NCBI RefSeq assembly: GCF_000020025.1
Contig: NC_010628.1
Location: forward strand, 5,880,001-5,912,000
DNA: 32,000 nt
Direction: 5' to 3'
DNA from: Nostoc punctiforme PCC 73102
GTDB lineage: Bacteria > Cyanobacteriota > Cyanobacteriia > Cyanobacteriales > Nostocaceae
Shown: one piece after another, positions 9,044-16,233 of the stretch
How positions within the stretch are numbered: position 1 is the stretch's first letter
Layout: the number at the start of each line of letters is the position of its first letter
Made by a program: the position numbers and the translations under genes
Notes under the pieces: generated by a model
What the model was told of the DNA's origin: nothing
The model's input: the letters and a program-made list of their open reading frames with translations, nothing else
Database searches by the model: none

Positions 9044-9597
9044 TACTTGACCTCAAGAAGAAATAATTTTGCCTTCGAGTTCTACGCAAAAAGTAGAACC
9101 GTCTTTGTATAACTACAATTACTTGGTATGGTTTTTCATAACCGGAAAGTATATTTTTTATAATTTAATTTTTCTAATTCTAGATAACGAGTTCCAAACT
9201 AGACTTTGCTAATCACTTTTATTACTTTATGCCAGTAATTTTTGCCAGGGGATAATTAGCATTTACAGTAATTTTACTATCAAGTAATTTCACACAAATA
9301 TTAAGTAGTATGGTGTTTTGATTCGGGAAATAGAGAGTGGTGTAGTCTATTTATTTTAATTACTTGAAAAAGGCTGTAAGTCAATTTATTGGTTAGTGTT
9401 AATATTAATTCATTTTTTTTGGAACTGTACAAAATCAAGCTTACTGAGGCAATGGGACATAAATCCTAAGCTCTGGAGCAACTTCACAGATAATCAATAT
9501 GATTACCAAAACACTGTTGATTCCCCTAGAGAAAGATACCTAATGGCTAAAATTTTGAGAACATTAAGGTAATGGCAGCTTTTATGGAGGTGGAGCG

Positions 9598-10524
9598 ATG
9601 ACAGTTAGTAATGTAAGAATTGTTTCCCTGATCCCCGGTGGAACAGAGATTTTAGCGGCACTAGGATTGGTTAATGCTATTGTGGGGCGATCGCACGAAT
9701 GCGATTACCCTCCAGAAATCCTCGATCGCCCTGTTTGTACCCAAGCACGCTTAGACTCTAATGCCTCCAGCAGCCAAATTAACGATGAGGTGAACGATTT
9801 CTTACAATCTGCTCTCAGCATTTATGAAATCAAAACTGATGTTTTAGAGCAGTTGCAGCCTACTCACATTCTCACTCAAGACCAGTGTGATGTTTGCGCT
9901 GTTAGCTTAGACGAAGTTGAAAAGGCAGTTGCCACACTCATTGACAGTAAACCACAGATTATTTCTTTACAACCCAATATTCTCCAAGATATTTGGGCTG
10001 ATATTGAGCGAGTTGGTAATGCCTTCGAGGTAGACTCGGTAAAAGCCTTAGAAAATTTAGAAGCTCGCGTCAAAATTTGTCAGCAAAGAATCCAAGGACT
10101 TTCTTTAAATGAACAGCCTACTGTTGCCTGTATCGAGTGGACTGATCCTTTGATGGTTGCCGCCAATTGGATTCCTGAATTAGTTAACTTGGCAGGAGGA
10201 CAGTCACTATTTTGTTGTACAGGTCAGCCTTCTCCTATCTTGCCGTGGGAAACACTATTAACAACTGATCCAGATGTCATTGTTTTTATGCCTTGTGGCT
10301 TTGATTTAAATCGCACTCGCCAAGAAGCCAAATTGTTAACTCAACGTCCAGAGTGGGAAAAACTACACGCTACACAAGCTGGTAGAGTCTACATCACTGA
10401 TGGCAATTCTTACTTTAATCGTCCAGGACCACGACTGGTAGATTCTCTAGAAATTTTGGCTGAAATTTTACATCCCGAAATTTTCCAATACGGCTACAAA
10501 GGAACGGCTTGGGAACTTTTGTAA
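9598..10524 (+). CDS. BtuF/TroA-type (cobalamin or iron-chelate) periplasmic-binding-protein-fold protein without a signal peptide
   Basis: 308 aa. The N-terminus RIVSLIPGGTEILAALGLVNAIVGRSHECDYP matches the class III substrate-binding fold (BtuF/FhuD-like). It begins directly with the first beta strand and has no hydrophobic leader. No permease or ATPase gene is adjacent. Confidence 0.7.
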   Translation: MTVSNVRIVSLIPGGTEILAALGLVNAIVGRSHECDYPPEILDRPVCTQARLDSNASSSQINDEVNDFLQSALSIYEIKTDVLEQLQPTHILTQDQCDVCAVSLDEVEKAVATLIDSKPQIISLQPNILQDIWADIERVGNAFEVDSVKALENLEARVKICQQRIQGLSLNEQPTVACIEWTDPLMVAANWIPELVNLAGGQSLFCCTGQPSPILPWETLLTTDPDVIVFMPCGFDLNRTRQEAKLLTQRPEWEKLHATQAGRVYITDGNSYFNRPGPRLVDSLEILAEILHPEIFQYGYKGTAWELL

Positions 10525-10528
10525 AGAA

Positions 10529-10671
10529 GAATTCAGGAGTCAGAATTCAGGAGTCAGAATGGGCTAAACCTTAGCTATCCGCTAACAGGAGTCAGTATGA
10601 ATTAGAGTCCGGTGGCGTTTTAACTCCATCTCTTCATGGATAGAGTCTTCTGAATTCTCTCTTCTGAGTCC
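10529..10671. repeat. GAATTCAGGAGTCA tandem repeat with inverted partner between convergent genes
   Basis: GAATTCAGGAGTCA occurs twice (10529-10556) plus a partial third unit. A further AGGAGTCAG lies at 10587-10595. Inverted copies TTCTGAATTC (10648-10657) and TCTGAGTCC (10663-10671) follow. The region fills the gap between the stops at 10524 (+) and 10676 (-). Confidence 0.7.
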
Positions 10672-10675
10672 TTTC

Positions 10676-10978
10676 TCATGGTGTTTCTTCAGAATCCGCC
10701 GATGGTTCGTTGTTAAATAACAGCAAGCGTGCAGCAAGGATGGCAAATCCGATCGCAGCGATCGCTTTTAACAAACGTGTAGGTAATAATTCGGCTACTG
10801 CTCCCCCTGCTAATGCACCCAACAGGCTAGTCAACAGCAATGCACCTGCTGCACCAAAAAATACTGCACGCGGAGAGTTAGAACGCCCTGAAAGTGCGAT
10901 CGCTGCTAGCTGACTTTTGTCACCCAATTCTGATAAAAAAACTGTAATAAAGCTCAGTCCTAAGAGATGCCAATCCAT
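10676..10978 (-). CDS. UPF0016 (GDT1/TMEM165/PAM71/Mnx) family half-size cation transporter subunit
   Basis: Signature E-x-G-D-K-[ST] is present as SELGDKSQ, followed by two more hydrophobic helices. ORF track gives 10676..11035. The start is moved to ATG 10978-10976 (MDWHLLGLSF...) because the first 19 codons translate a GGGAATG-type heptamer repeat (PFPIPHSSFP). Confidence 0.8.
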   Translation of the reverse strand: MDWHLLGLSFITVFLSELGDKSQLAAIALSGRSNSPRAVFFGAAGALLLTSLLGALAGGAVAELLPTRLLKAIAAIGFAILAARLLLFNNEPSADSEETP

Positions 10979-11046
10979 ATTATTTAGGGGGAATGAGGAA
11001 TGGGGAATGGGAAATGGGAGTTTCTCCAATGACAAATGACCAATAA

Positions 11047-11478
11047 CTAATGACTAGTAAATACATCCCAAAACAGCATTAGGGAAATTACCAACAACAT
11101 CACACCTGCTGATTTTTCTACAGTTTTTGGGCTGAGTCGGCTAGCCATCCAACTACCTAAAAGTACACCTAATAAGCTGGTGGTTATCAGCGCCGCTGCC
11201 GATCCGAGAAATACCACCCAAGGCGAATGAGATTCTGCACTCATTAATAGGGTGGATAGCTGAGTCTTATCTCCAATTTCTGCGAGAAAAATGGTTACAA
11301 AAGTTGTGCCAAAAACTACTAACACTGATTGCTGCTTTGGAGGACTATCGGCAACTACAGGCTGAACTAGCTGGGCGATCGCAGGAGTCAAGTTAAAATC
11401 ATTGCTGTCTTTCAGTTCTAGCTCGATCTCAGTCTGAGCTATGCCAGAAATCTCCAAAGGTGCAGAGTCAAGTTTCAC
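11047..11478 (-). CDS. UPF0016 (GDT1/TMEM165/PAM71/Mnx) family half-size cation transporter subunit with N-terminal extension
   Basis: 143 aa with a GTG start. Signature AEIGDKTQ after the first helix, three predicted helices in total, and about 50 non-hydrophobic residues at the N-terminus. Its stop lies 68 nt upstream of the paralogous half-gene start. Confidence 0.8.
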   Translation of the reverse strand: MKLDSAPLEISGIAQTEIELELKDSNDFNLTPAIAQLVQPVVADSPPKQQSVLVVFGTTFVTIFLAEIGDKTQLSTLLMSAESHSPWVVFLGSAAALITTSLLGVLLGSWMASRLSPKTVEKSAGVMLLVISLMLFWDVFTSH

Positions 11479-11605
11479 AAGCAGTAGTTTTGGTTGCTAG
11501 GTTATTTTCATATTTCTATCATATTCTCAGATTGTTGTAATAAATTGCAACTACATAAATGGAGATAAAAAAATTATGGGGTGTCTTTGTGTCCTTAGAT
11601 CCTCC

Positions 11606-11956
11606 TTACAGCCCAATAGCTTTATCGAAGCGTAGTATTTCTAAGCTGCGATCGCCATATACTCCTTCTATTTGCTGGCGACAGCAGTCAATAGCAAAAT
11701 CGTTGACTTCTTCAGGTTCAACCCCATACATATCTTGAAAAACTTCTGATTCCACGCGGCAGAAACGAGGACGATCTGAGTAGATGCGACATTCGCGCGT
11801 GGTATGGTCGAAATTAACGCACCATCCGCCTTCGCCTACCATGCTGAGGTAGAGTTCTAGTTCTGGTGGAGAGAGATACTCATCTAAATCTGGACGATCT
11901 GCTGGATCGAGATTACAGCAGGCTCCACATTGTTTTACACATTGCCAAGTTGCCAT
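11606..11956 (-). CDS. YkgJ-family cysteine-cluster (putative Zn/Fe-binding) protein
   Basis: 116 aa. The N-terminal CVKQCGACCNL (C-x2-C-x2-CC) plus downstream CVNF...CRIY..RPRFC cysteines match the UPF0153/YkgJ pattern. Confidence 0.7.
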   Translation of the reverse strand: MATWQCVKQCGACCNLDPADRPDLDEYLSPPELELYLSMVGEGGWCVNFDHTTRECRIYSDRPRFCRVESEVFQDMYGVEPEEVNDFAIDCCRQQIEGVYGDRSLEILRFDKAIGL

Positions 11957-11965
11957 TTTGAATTA

Positions 11966-12017
11966 GGGAGTGGGGAATGGGGAATGGGGAATGGGGAACT
12001 TGTACTGAGCGCAGTCG
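11966..12017. repeat. GGGGAAT heptamer array fused to the core ACTTGTACTGAGCGCAGTCG
   Basis: gggagtGGGGAATGGGGAATGGGGAATGGGGAA (11966-11998) runs directly into ACTTGTACTGAGCGCAGTCG (11998-12017). The same core, with one C/A difference, follows a different heptamer array inside recJ at 13842-13861. Confidence 0.85.
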
Positions 12018-12095
12018 TAAAGCCTGCGGCATAGCTACGCTTAGGGCGCAGCCTCTCGTAGAGAAGTATGGGGAATGGGTAGCAGGAAAGGATTA

Positions 12096-12170
12096 GGGGA
12101 CGAGGGGGACAAGGGGAAATTATTGAATAAGCCTCTTCCTTGTCTCCCCCCTCTTCCTTGTCTCTTCTCC
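12096..12170. repeat. Imperfect inverted repeat of GGGGACAAGG-type purine/pyrimidine blocks
   Basis: ggggacgagggggacaaggggaaat (12096-12120) faces cctcttccttgtctcccccctcttccttgtctcttctcc (12132-12170) across an 11-nt spacer. It lies in the divergent ykgJ / psb30 intergenic region. Confidence 0.55.
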
Positions 12171-12347
12171 ATGCCCAATGCCCCTCTGCCTCTTCTGCTC
12201 AATCCCCCTATTTTACGTTTTTATGTCTTTTCTTATAATTTTGTTAAGTAAATTAAATCCAACAGGCCATAGACAGATATGATCGATTGCGGGTTTTGTA
12301 ATTAAGTTATTGAATTTTTTAAGACAATTGGAAGGAGAAAGGGGAAA

Positions 12348-12491
12348 ATGTTTGACGCTGTATCTGACTTGGTTAACGCTTTTACCAGTATCAATTGGGA
12401 AGTTATTTTCCAATTGCTGTCCGTGGCGCTAATTGTAATTGCTGGCCCAGTAGTAATCTTTTTGTTGGCATTTCGCAACGGCAACCTATAA
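12348..12491 (+). CDS. psb30: Photosystem II reaction centre protein Psb30 (Ycf12)
   Basis: 47 codons plus stop, below the ORF-track cutoff. Encodes [47 protein letters not shown], a single helix with the characteristic IAGP...IFLLA.R.GNL C-terminus of cyanobacterial Ycf12. GGAGAAAGGGG lies just upstream of the ATG. Confidence 0.85.
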   Translation: MFDAVSDLVNAFTSINWEVIFQLLSVALIVIAGPVVIFLLAFRNGNL

Positions 12492-12497
12492 GATTTC

Positions 12498-12608
12498 TGA
12501 GTGCTGATTAAGAGTTAGGGGTGAGGAGCGATGCCCTGAGCCTGCCAAAGGGTTAGGAGTGAGTAATTAAATTTTATTCTCAACTCATAACTCATAAATC
12601 AGCACTCA
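12498..12608. repeat. Long inverted repeat between convergent psb30 and recJ (possible shared terminator)
   Basis: TGAGTGCTGATT (12498-12509) is the exact reverse complement of AATCAGCACTCA (12597-12608). The interior holds GAGTTAGG / ACTCATAACTCATA heptamer-type repeats. Confidence 0.6.
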
Positions 12609-12647
12609 CAATGTTACAGTCACAAGTGATAAGTTAATTGATAACTC

Positions 12648-14795
12648 TTAACTTTTAACTGATAACGCTTGAAGTGCAGCTTGAATAATACTGTCATACT
12701 GTGGCTGAGAAATATCAACTTCTTTAGCGTTTTGACGATTAGTACCAAGTAAACCGATTATATGTCCTGGCTGCATGACTAACACCTTGCCTTCAGGGTT
12801 TTTAATTCTTAATTCTGCTTCAATGCCGTTTTTATAGAAACCACAAGTATAGTTTCGCTGATTGTACTCAAAGTTGGTACTTGACGAAATAGGTGGCGAA
12901 GCAAAAAATTTTTGAATCTGAATTGGCAATCTAACACCGATTAACTCTAGCTCGATGGTGGTGTTGCCGTTAAAATAATTTTCTCGCAGTTTGTAAGCTA
13001 CATCCACTCGCGGCGGTAAGCGGAAGTAGTCGCCCCAACGCCAAGCGATCGCTTTAATTCTGTAATCCTGATTATCAATAGTTTGGGCAATTGTCAGTTT
13101 GATGTGACCCTTACCAACGATTTTTTGCTCAACCACTTGAACATTAGCTGTCCAAAAAACTGGATCGGGGTTGTCCATACCGCAAGGATGTAGAGCATTA
13201 AGCTGTTGGTAAAGCTGCTGATTGATCTGATCGAGGTTGACTTCGGCATCAATTTTGAGCAGAGGCTTGAGATGCTGGGGTTCAAGACACTGGTTAGCAA
13301 ACTCAATCAAACGCGATCGCACCATCTGTAAATTTTCTGCTGGTAGAGAAAATCCCCCTGCGGCTTTGTGTCCGCCATATTTTCCTAGTAAATCGTGACA
13401 ATATTCCAAAGCTTCAAACACATTAAACTCTGGAATTGAGCGTGCAGAACCGCGTATATGTTCCCCATCCTCATAAGTACCGATAAATACAGGAACACCG
13501 TAGCGTTCTACCAAGCGGGAGGCGACAATCCCAATAACGCCGTGATGCCAATTGGGTTGAACAACAATTAATACACGATCTTGTTGTAGAGATGTAACAA
13601 ATTCTGATTCTACATAAGCGATCGCTTCTTGTTCAATTTGCTGACACATTTCCTGGCGAGAAGCGTTGATTTGTTCGCACTGCATTGCTCTTTCCAGCGC
13701 CACCCCCATATCATCTGTAGTCAGCAATTCAATCACAGTCTGGGGATTACCAATTCGACCGATAGCATTAATTCGTGGTCCCAAGCGAAACCCGATATCT
13801 TCAGGCTTGAGCGATTTTGGATTTTGGATTTTGGATTTTGGACTTGTACTGAGCGAAGTCGAAGTATTGGCAATTTCCTCCCCTGCTCCCCTGCTCCCCT
13901 GCTCCCCTGCTCCCCCTGCTCTCTCCTCTCCCCTCGCTTGCACGCCACCTACCTGAATCAACGCCTGTATCCCAGCTAAGTTGGATTTGGGTAAATGCTG
14001 TAAACCACGTTTCACCCAACGGCGATTTACGCCAGTTAAGGGAGCTAAATCTGCGATCGTTCCTAGTGTAAACAGTGCTAGCATCGGCTGGATCAATCCC
14101 TTCGTCTCGCCTAGCTGTTGTGCTAAAGACACTGCCAAAATATAGGCAACACCAACACCAGCAACACCCCTATAGGGTGAGGATTCTGCTATTAGCTTAG
14201 GGTTGAGGATAGCATTAGCTGGCGGTAATTTTTGGGGGATATCGTGGTGGTCGGTGATAATAACTGCAAGACCAAGTTCTCTAGCTCTAGCAACTGGTTC
14301 AAACGCAGAGATGCCATTATCTACAGTCAGAATTAATCCCACACCTTCGCTGTGAAATTCTTCAACTATGCGTTTATTGATACCGTAGCCTTCGTGCATC
14401 CGGCTGGGGATAGCATAATCTACCTGTGCGCCTAAAGTGCGGAGACTACGTAAAAGTAGAGCCGTGCTGGTCATTCCATCAGCATCGTAGTCACCACAAA
14501 TAGCAATTTTTGTTTGAGAAGCGATCGCATTTTGCAACAACTCCAAACTAATCGCCAAATCTGGGAAATCTTCTAATGGCGAAGGTAAGACTAATGACTC
14601 TGGCTCTAAAAATGCTTGTGCTTGTTCTGGTGTTTCCATACCCCGATTAATCAACAACTGGCTGATAATGGGCGAAACATTGATCAAAACCGCCAGTTTT
14701 TGGGCAAATTCTGGTTTTTGTGGATAAATTTGCCAGCGCTGATTAGGTAAGCGCCTGGTAGGTTTTGAGAATTCAGATACAGGTCGGTCTAGCAC
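12648..14795 (-). CDS. recJ: Single-stranded-DNA-specific exonuclease RecJ
   Basis: 715 aa with a GTG start. Contains the DHH-family motifs (IAICGDYDADGMTS, LILTVDNG, ITDHHD), GFRLGPRINAIGRIG, the DHHA1 motif GGHKAAGGFSL, and a C-terminal OB-like extension. Confidence 0.92.
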   Translation of the reverse strand: MLDRPVSEFSKPTRRLPNQRWQIYPQKPEFAQKLAVLINVSPIISQLLINRGMETPEQAQAFLEPESLVLPSPLEDFPDLAISLELLQNAIASQTKIAICGDYDADGMTSTALLLRSLRTLGAQVDYAIPSRMHEGYGINKRIVEEFHSEGVGLILTVDNGISAFEPVARARELGLAVIITDHHDIPQKLPPANAILNPKLIAESSPYRGVAGVGVAYILAVSLAQQLGETKGLIQPMLALFTLGTIADLAPLTGVNRRWVKRGLQHLPKSNLAGIQALIQVGGVQARGEERAGGAGEQGSRGAGEEIANTSTSLSTSPKSKIQNPKSLKPEDIGFRLGPRINAIGRIGNPQTVIELLTTDDMGVALERAMQCEQINASRQEMCQQIEQEAIAYVESEFVTSLQQDRVLIVVQPNWHHGVIGIVASRLVERYGVPVFIGTYEDGEHIRGSARSIPEFNVFEALEYCHDLLGKYGGHKAAGGFSLPAENLQMVRSRLIEFANQCLEPQHLKPLLKIDAEVNLDQINQQLYQQLNALHPCGMDNPDPVFWTANVQVVEQKIVGKGHIKLTIAQTIDNQDYRIKAIAWRWGDYFRLPPRVDVAYKLRENYFNGNTTIELELIGVRLPIQIQKFFASPPISSSTNFEYNQRNYTCGFYKNGIEAELRIKNPEGKVLVMQPGHIIGLLGTNRQNAKEVDISQPQYDSIIQAALQALSVKS
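13813..13919. repeat. Composite micro-repeat cassette in frame within recJ (heptamer array, core, octamer array)
   Basis: 4 x GATTTTG/TTTTGGA (13813-13842), then the core CTTGTACTGAGCGAAGTCGAAGTA (13843-13866), then 4 x TCCCCTGC and one TCCCCCTGC (13879-13919). Translated on the minus strand this gives ...AGGAGEQGSRGAGEEIANTSTSLSTSPKSKIQNPKS... Confidence 0.9.
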
Positions 14796-14816
14796 AATAC
14801 AAGTTAGAATTTACTT

Positions 14817-14859
14817 AGTTATGAGTGTTGAATTGAAAGTTGTTTCTTAACTCATAACT
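14817..14859. repeat. 10-bp perfect inverted repeat (ACTCATAACT family) between two minus-strand genes
   Basis: AGTTATGAGT (14817-14826) pairs with ACTCATAACT (14850-14859) across a 23-nt loop. It is related to the ACTCATAACTCATA repeat at about 12580-12596. No clear U-tract follows, so a terminator role is uncertain. Confidence 0.6.
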
Positions 14860-14878
14860 AATAACATTAATTTGCTGT

Positions 14879-15304
14879 CTAAAACACGTTTATTCTACCA
14901 TCATCCATAATATACAAAGAGCGATCGCCCGGAGAGCGCCAAGTCGGACGGAGTTCCAGCCGCAATGTGCCAAAGTTAGGTTTCGAGACAATTGCTTGTA
15001 GTGACAAACCCTTTTCGCTCCAAAATATCAGAGATGTATTTGGCTCTGTACCTTCTATTTGTTCTAAACTTAGTTTCTGCCCTGGACTCAAAGTCATTGC
15101 ATCAGTCCCAGAGGGTTTTTGGATTTTGATGATGTTAGGTGTGCTATTTATCACTTCAACTCGGATGTGTTGCCCAGGTGTAAACTGAATTGGATGCGAC
15201 CCACACTTAGAGGCACAAGTTCGAGCTAAGGTAGCACTGGGATTATTGATTGATGCTACTAAAACCGTAGCTGCAACTAAAGCAAATGACAGAGGCTTAA
15301 ACAT
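14879..15304 (-). CDS. Hypothetical exported protein
   Basis: 141 aa. The N-terminus MFKPLSFALVAATVLVASINNPSATLA looks like a Sec signal peptide. I recognise no motif in the mature part. Confidence 0.5.
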   Translation of the reverse strand: MFKPLSFALVAATVLVASINNPSATLARTCASKCGSHPIQFTPGQHIRVEVINSTPNIIKIQKPSGTDAMTLSPGQKLSLEQIEGTEPNTSLIFWSEKGLSLQAIVSKPNFGTLRLELRPTWRSPGDRSLYIMDDGRINVF

Positions 15305-15556
15305 AATACACAGTATAAGTACTAAACTGAAATGTTACTTCAATTTAGTACTATTAAGCCTCAGCATATTTTCCAGAATTAAGCTAATGCAAAGCAACAT
15401 CAGCTCATCATTCATCGATAAGCGATTTAATCGTGATTTAGCCAGTCGTCGAGTTGTTGTTGAGTCACCACTGGGTGCGTCGCTTCGCTATGCTAATTGG
15501 ACTGGTGTAAGCCATAATCAAGACAGAATTAGGAATCAGGAACACAGAAGTGAATC

Positions 15557-15808
15557 ATGCACATCCTATCCCTTCATTATCCCGATGGCTTACTTATTAC
15601 CTCCGGTAAATCACCCCAAGCCTTAGAAGCAGAACTCACATTTTTGCTCGCAGTCAAACTATTTGAGCTACGCTGACTATCGCTTGGTAAAGCCGCCGCC
15701 TTTTGCAGCATGAACAAACCGCAGTTCATGTACGAACTAGGACGTTTGCAAATCCCTGTTATCAACTTAGATGATGACCAAATCGCCGACGAATTGCGCG
15801 ATGATTAA
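15557..15808 (+). pseudogene. UPF0175-family antitoxin gene interrupted by an in-frame TGA
   Basis: Manual translation gives MHILSLHYPDGLLITSGKSPQALEAELTFLLAVKLFELR, then a stop (TGA 15674-15676), then LSLGKAAAFCSMNKPQFMYELGRLQIPVINLDDDQIADELRDD in the same frame. The ..L.LA..L...G.LSLGKAAE.. and ..GIP pattern is typical of UPF0175 antitoxins. Confidence 0.65.
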
Positions 15809-15827
15809 CTAGTCCACTCCAGATAGT

Positions 15828-16037
15828 ACGGTACTTTTGGATGATGCTCAAGCACGAAGGATCGCAGAACGCTTAGGAATTCGCCGGATAGGTACTCTTG
15901 GCATTTTGCGTAAGGCGAAAAAAGCAGGCTTGATTGTTGAGCTTAAAGTATATATTGAGCAGTTACGCACTAATGGAATTTATATCCGATCTAGCCTCAT
16001 TGATGCAGTGCTACGGGATGTCGGAGAAATAGACTAA
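15828..16037 (+). pseudogene. 5'-truncated DUF3368 (PIN-like) toxin remnant
   Basis: TVLLLDDAQARRIAERLGIRRIGTLGILRKAKKAGLIVELKVYIEQLRTNGIYIRSSLIDAVLRDVGE matches only the C-terminal half of DUF3368 proteins. The frame is closed by TAG at 15825-15827 and no ATG is present (the ORF track starts it at TTG 15837). Confidence 0.55.
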
Positions 16038-16154
16038 TCGCGGGTTCAGATAAAACTCAAGCAAAATTTTTTGAGTGTTATGCAGCATAGGGTGACTCTT
16101 CTACGCATTATAGATTGAGTCTGTAGTGCGATCGCTATTTTAGTGAGTCTGGTA

Positions 16155-16198
16155 TCACAAAACAAAACTCTGTACAAAGTTTTAACTTATTGTACAAG
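16155..16198 (-). terminator. Possible intrinsic terminator after pstB
   Basis: On the minus strand TTGTACAA taagttaaaact TTGTACAG is followed by AGTTTTGTTTTG. The stem is AT-rich and short, so support is weak. Confidence 0.3.
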
Positions 16199-16233
16199 GT
16201 TGTCTATTATCCTAAATACTTGGGACAAGCTCT

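Noticed and set aside
9044-9597. Possible cobalamin riboswitch upstream of the BtuF-like gene
   Set aside because: I looked for a B12-box-like GCCACTG core and conserved GC-rich helices. The region is AT-rich and I found none. A covariance-model scan would settle it.
10979-11035. N-terminal extension of ORF 10676..11035 (MSLEKLPFPIPHSSFPLNN)
   Set aside because: It is encoded by a GGGAATG-type heptamer repeat that is open in every frame. The family-typical protein begins at the internal Met (10978).
12213-12484. ORFs 12213..12413 (-) and 12302..12484 (-)
   Set aside because: They are antisense to the psb30 gene, which has a clear family signature. Their translations show no motifs.
13813-13919. 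CRISPR array
   Set aside because: The repeat units are 7-8 nt with no spacers. CRISPR repeats are far longer and alternate with unique spacers. No cas genes are present.
13629-14019. Four short ORFs on both strands across the recJ repeat cassette
   Set aside because: The heptamer and octamer arrays contain no stop codons in any of the six frames, so they generate spurious ORFs. The recJ frame is the only one with conserved flanks.
15674-15676. TGA in the UPF0175 gene as selenocysteine or programmed readthrough
   Set aside because: I could see no hairpin resembling a bacterial SECIS immediately downstream. The partner toxin is itself truncated, so simple decay is the more economical reading.
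15246-15765. ORFs 15246..15626 (+) and 15577..15765 (-)
   Set aside because: The first runs across a promoter region and a dispersed repeat (GASLRYAN translation). The second is antisense to the UPF0175 pseudogene.
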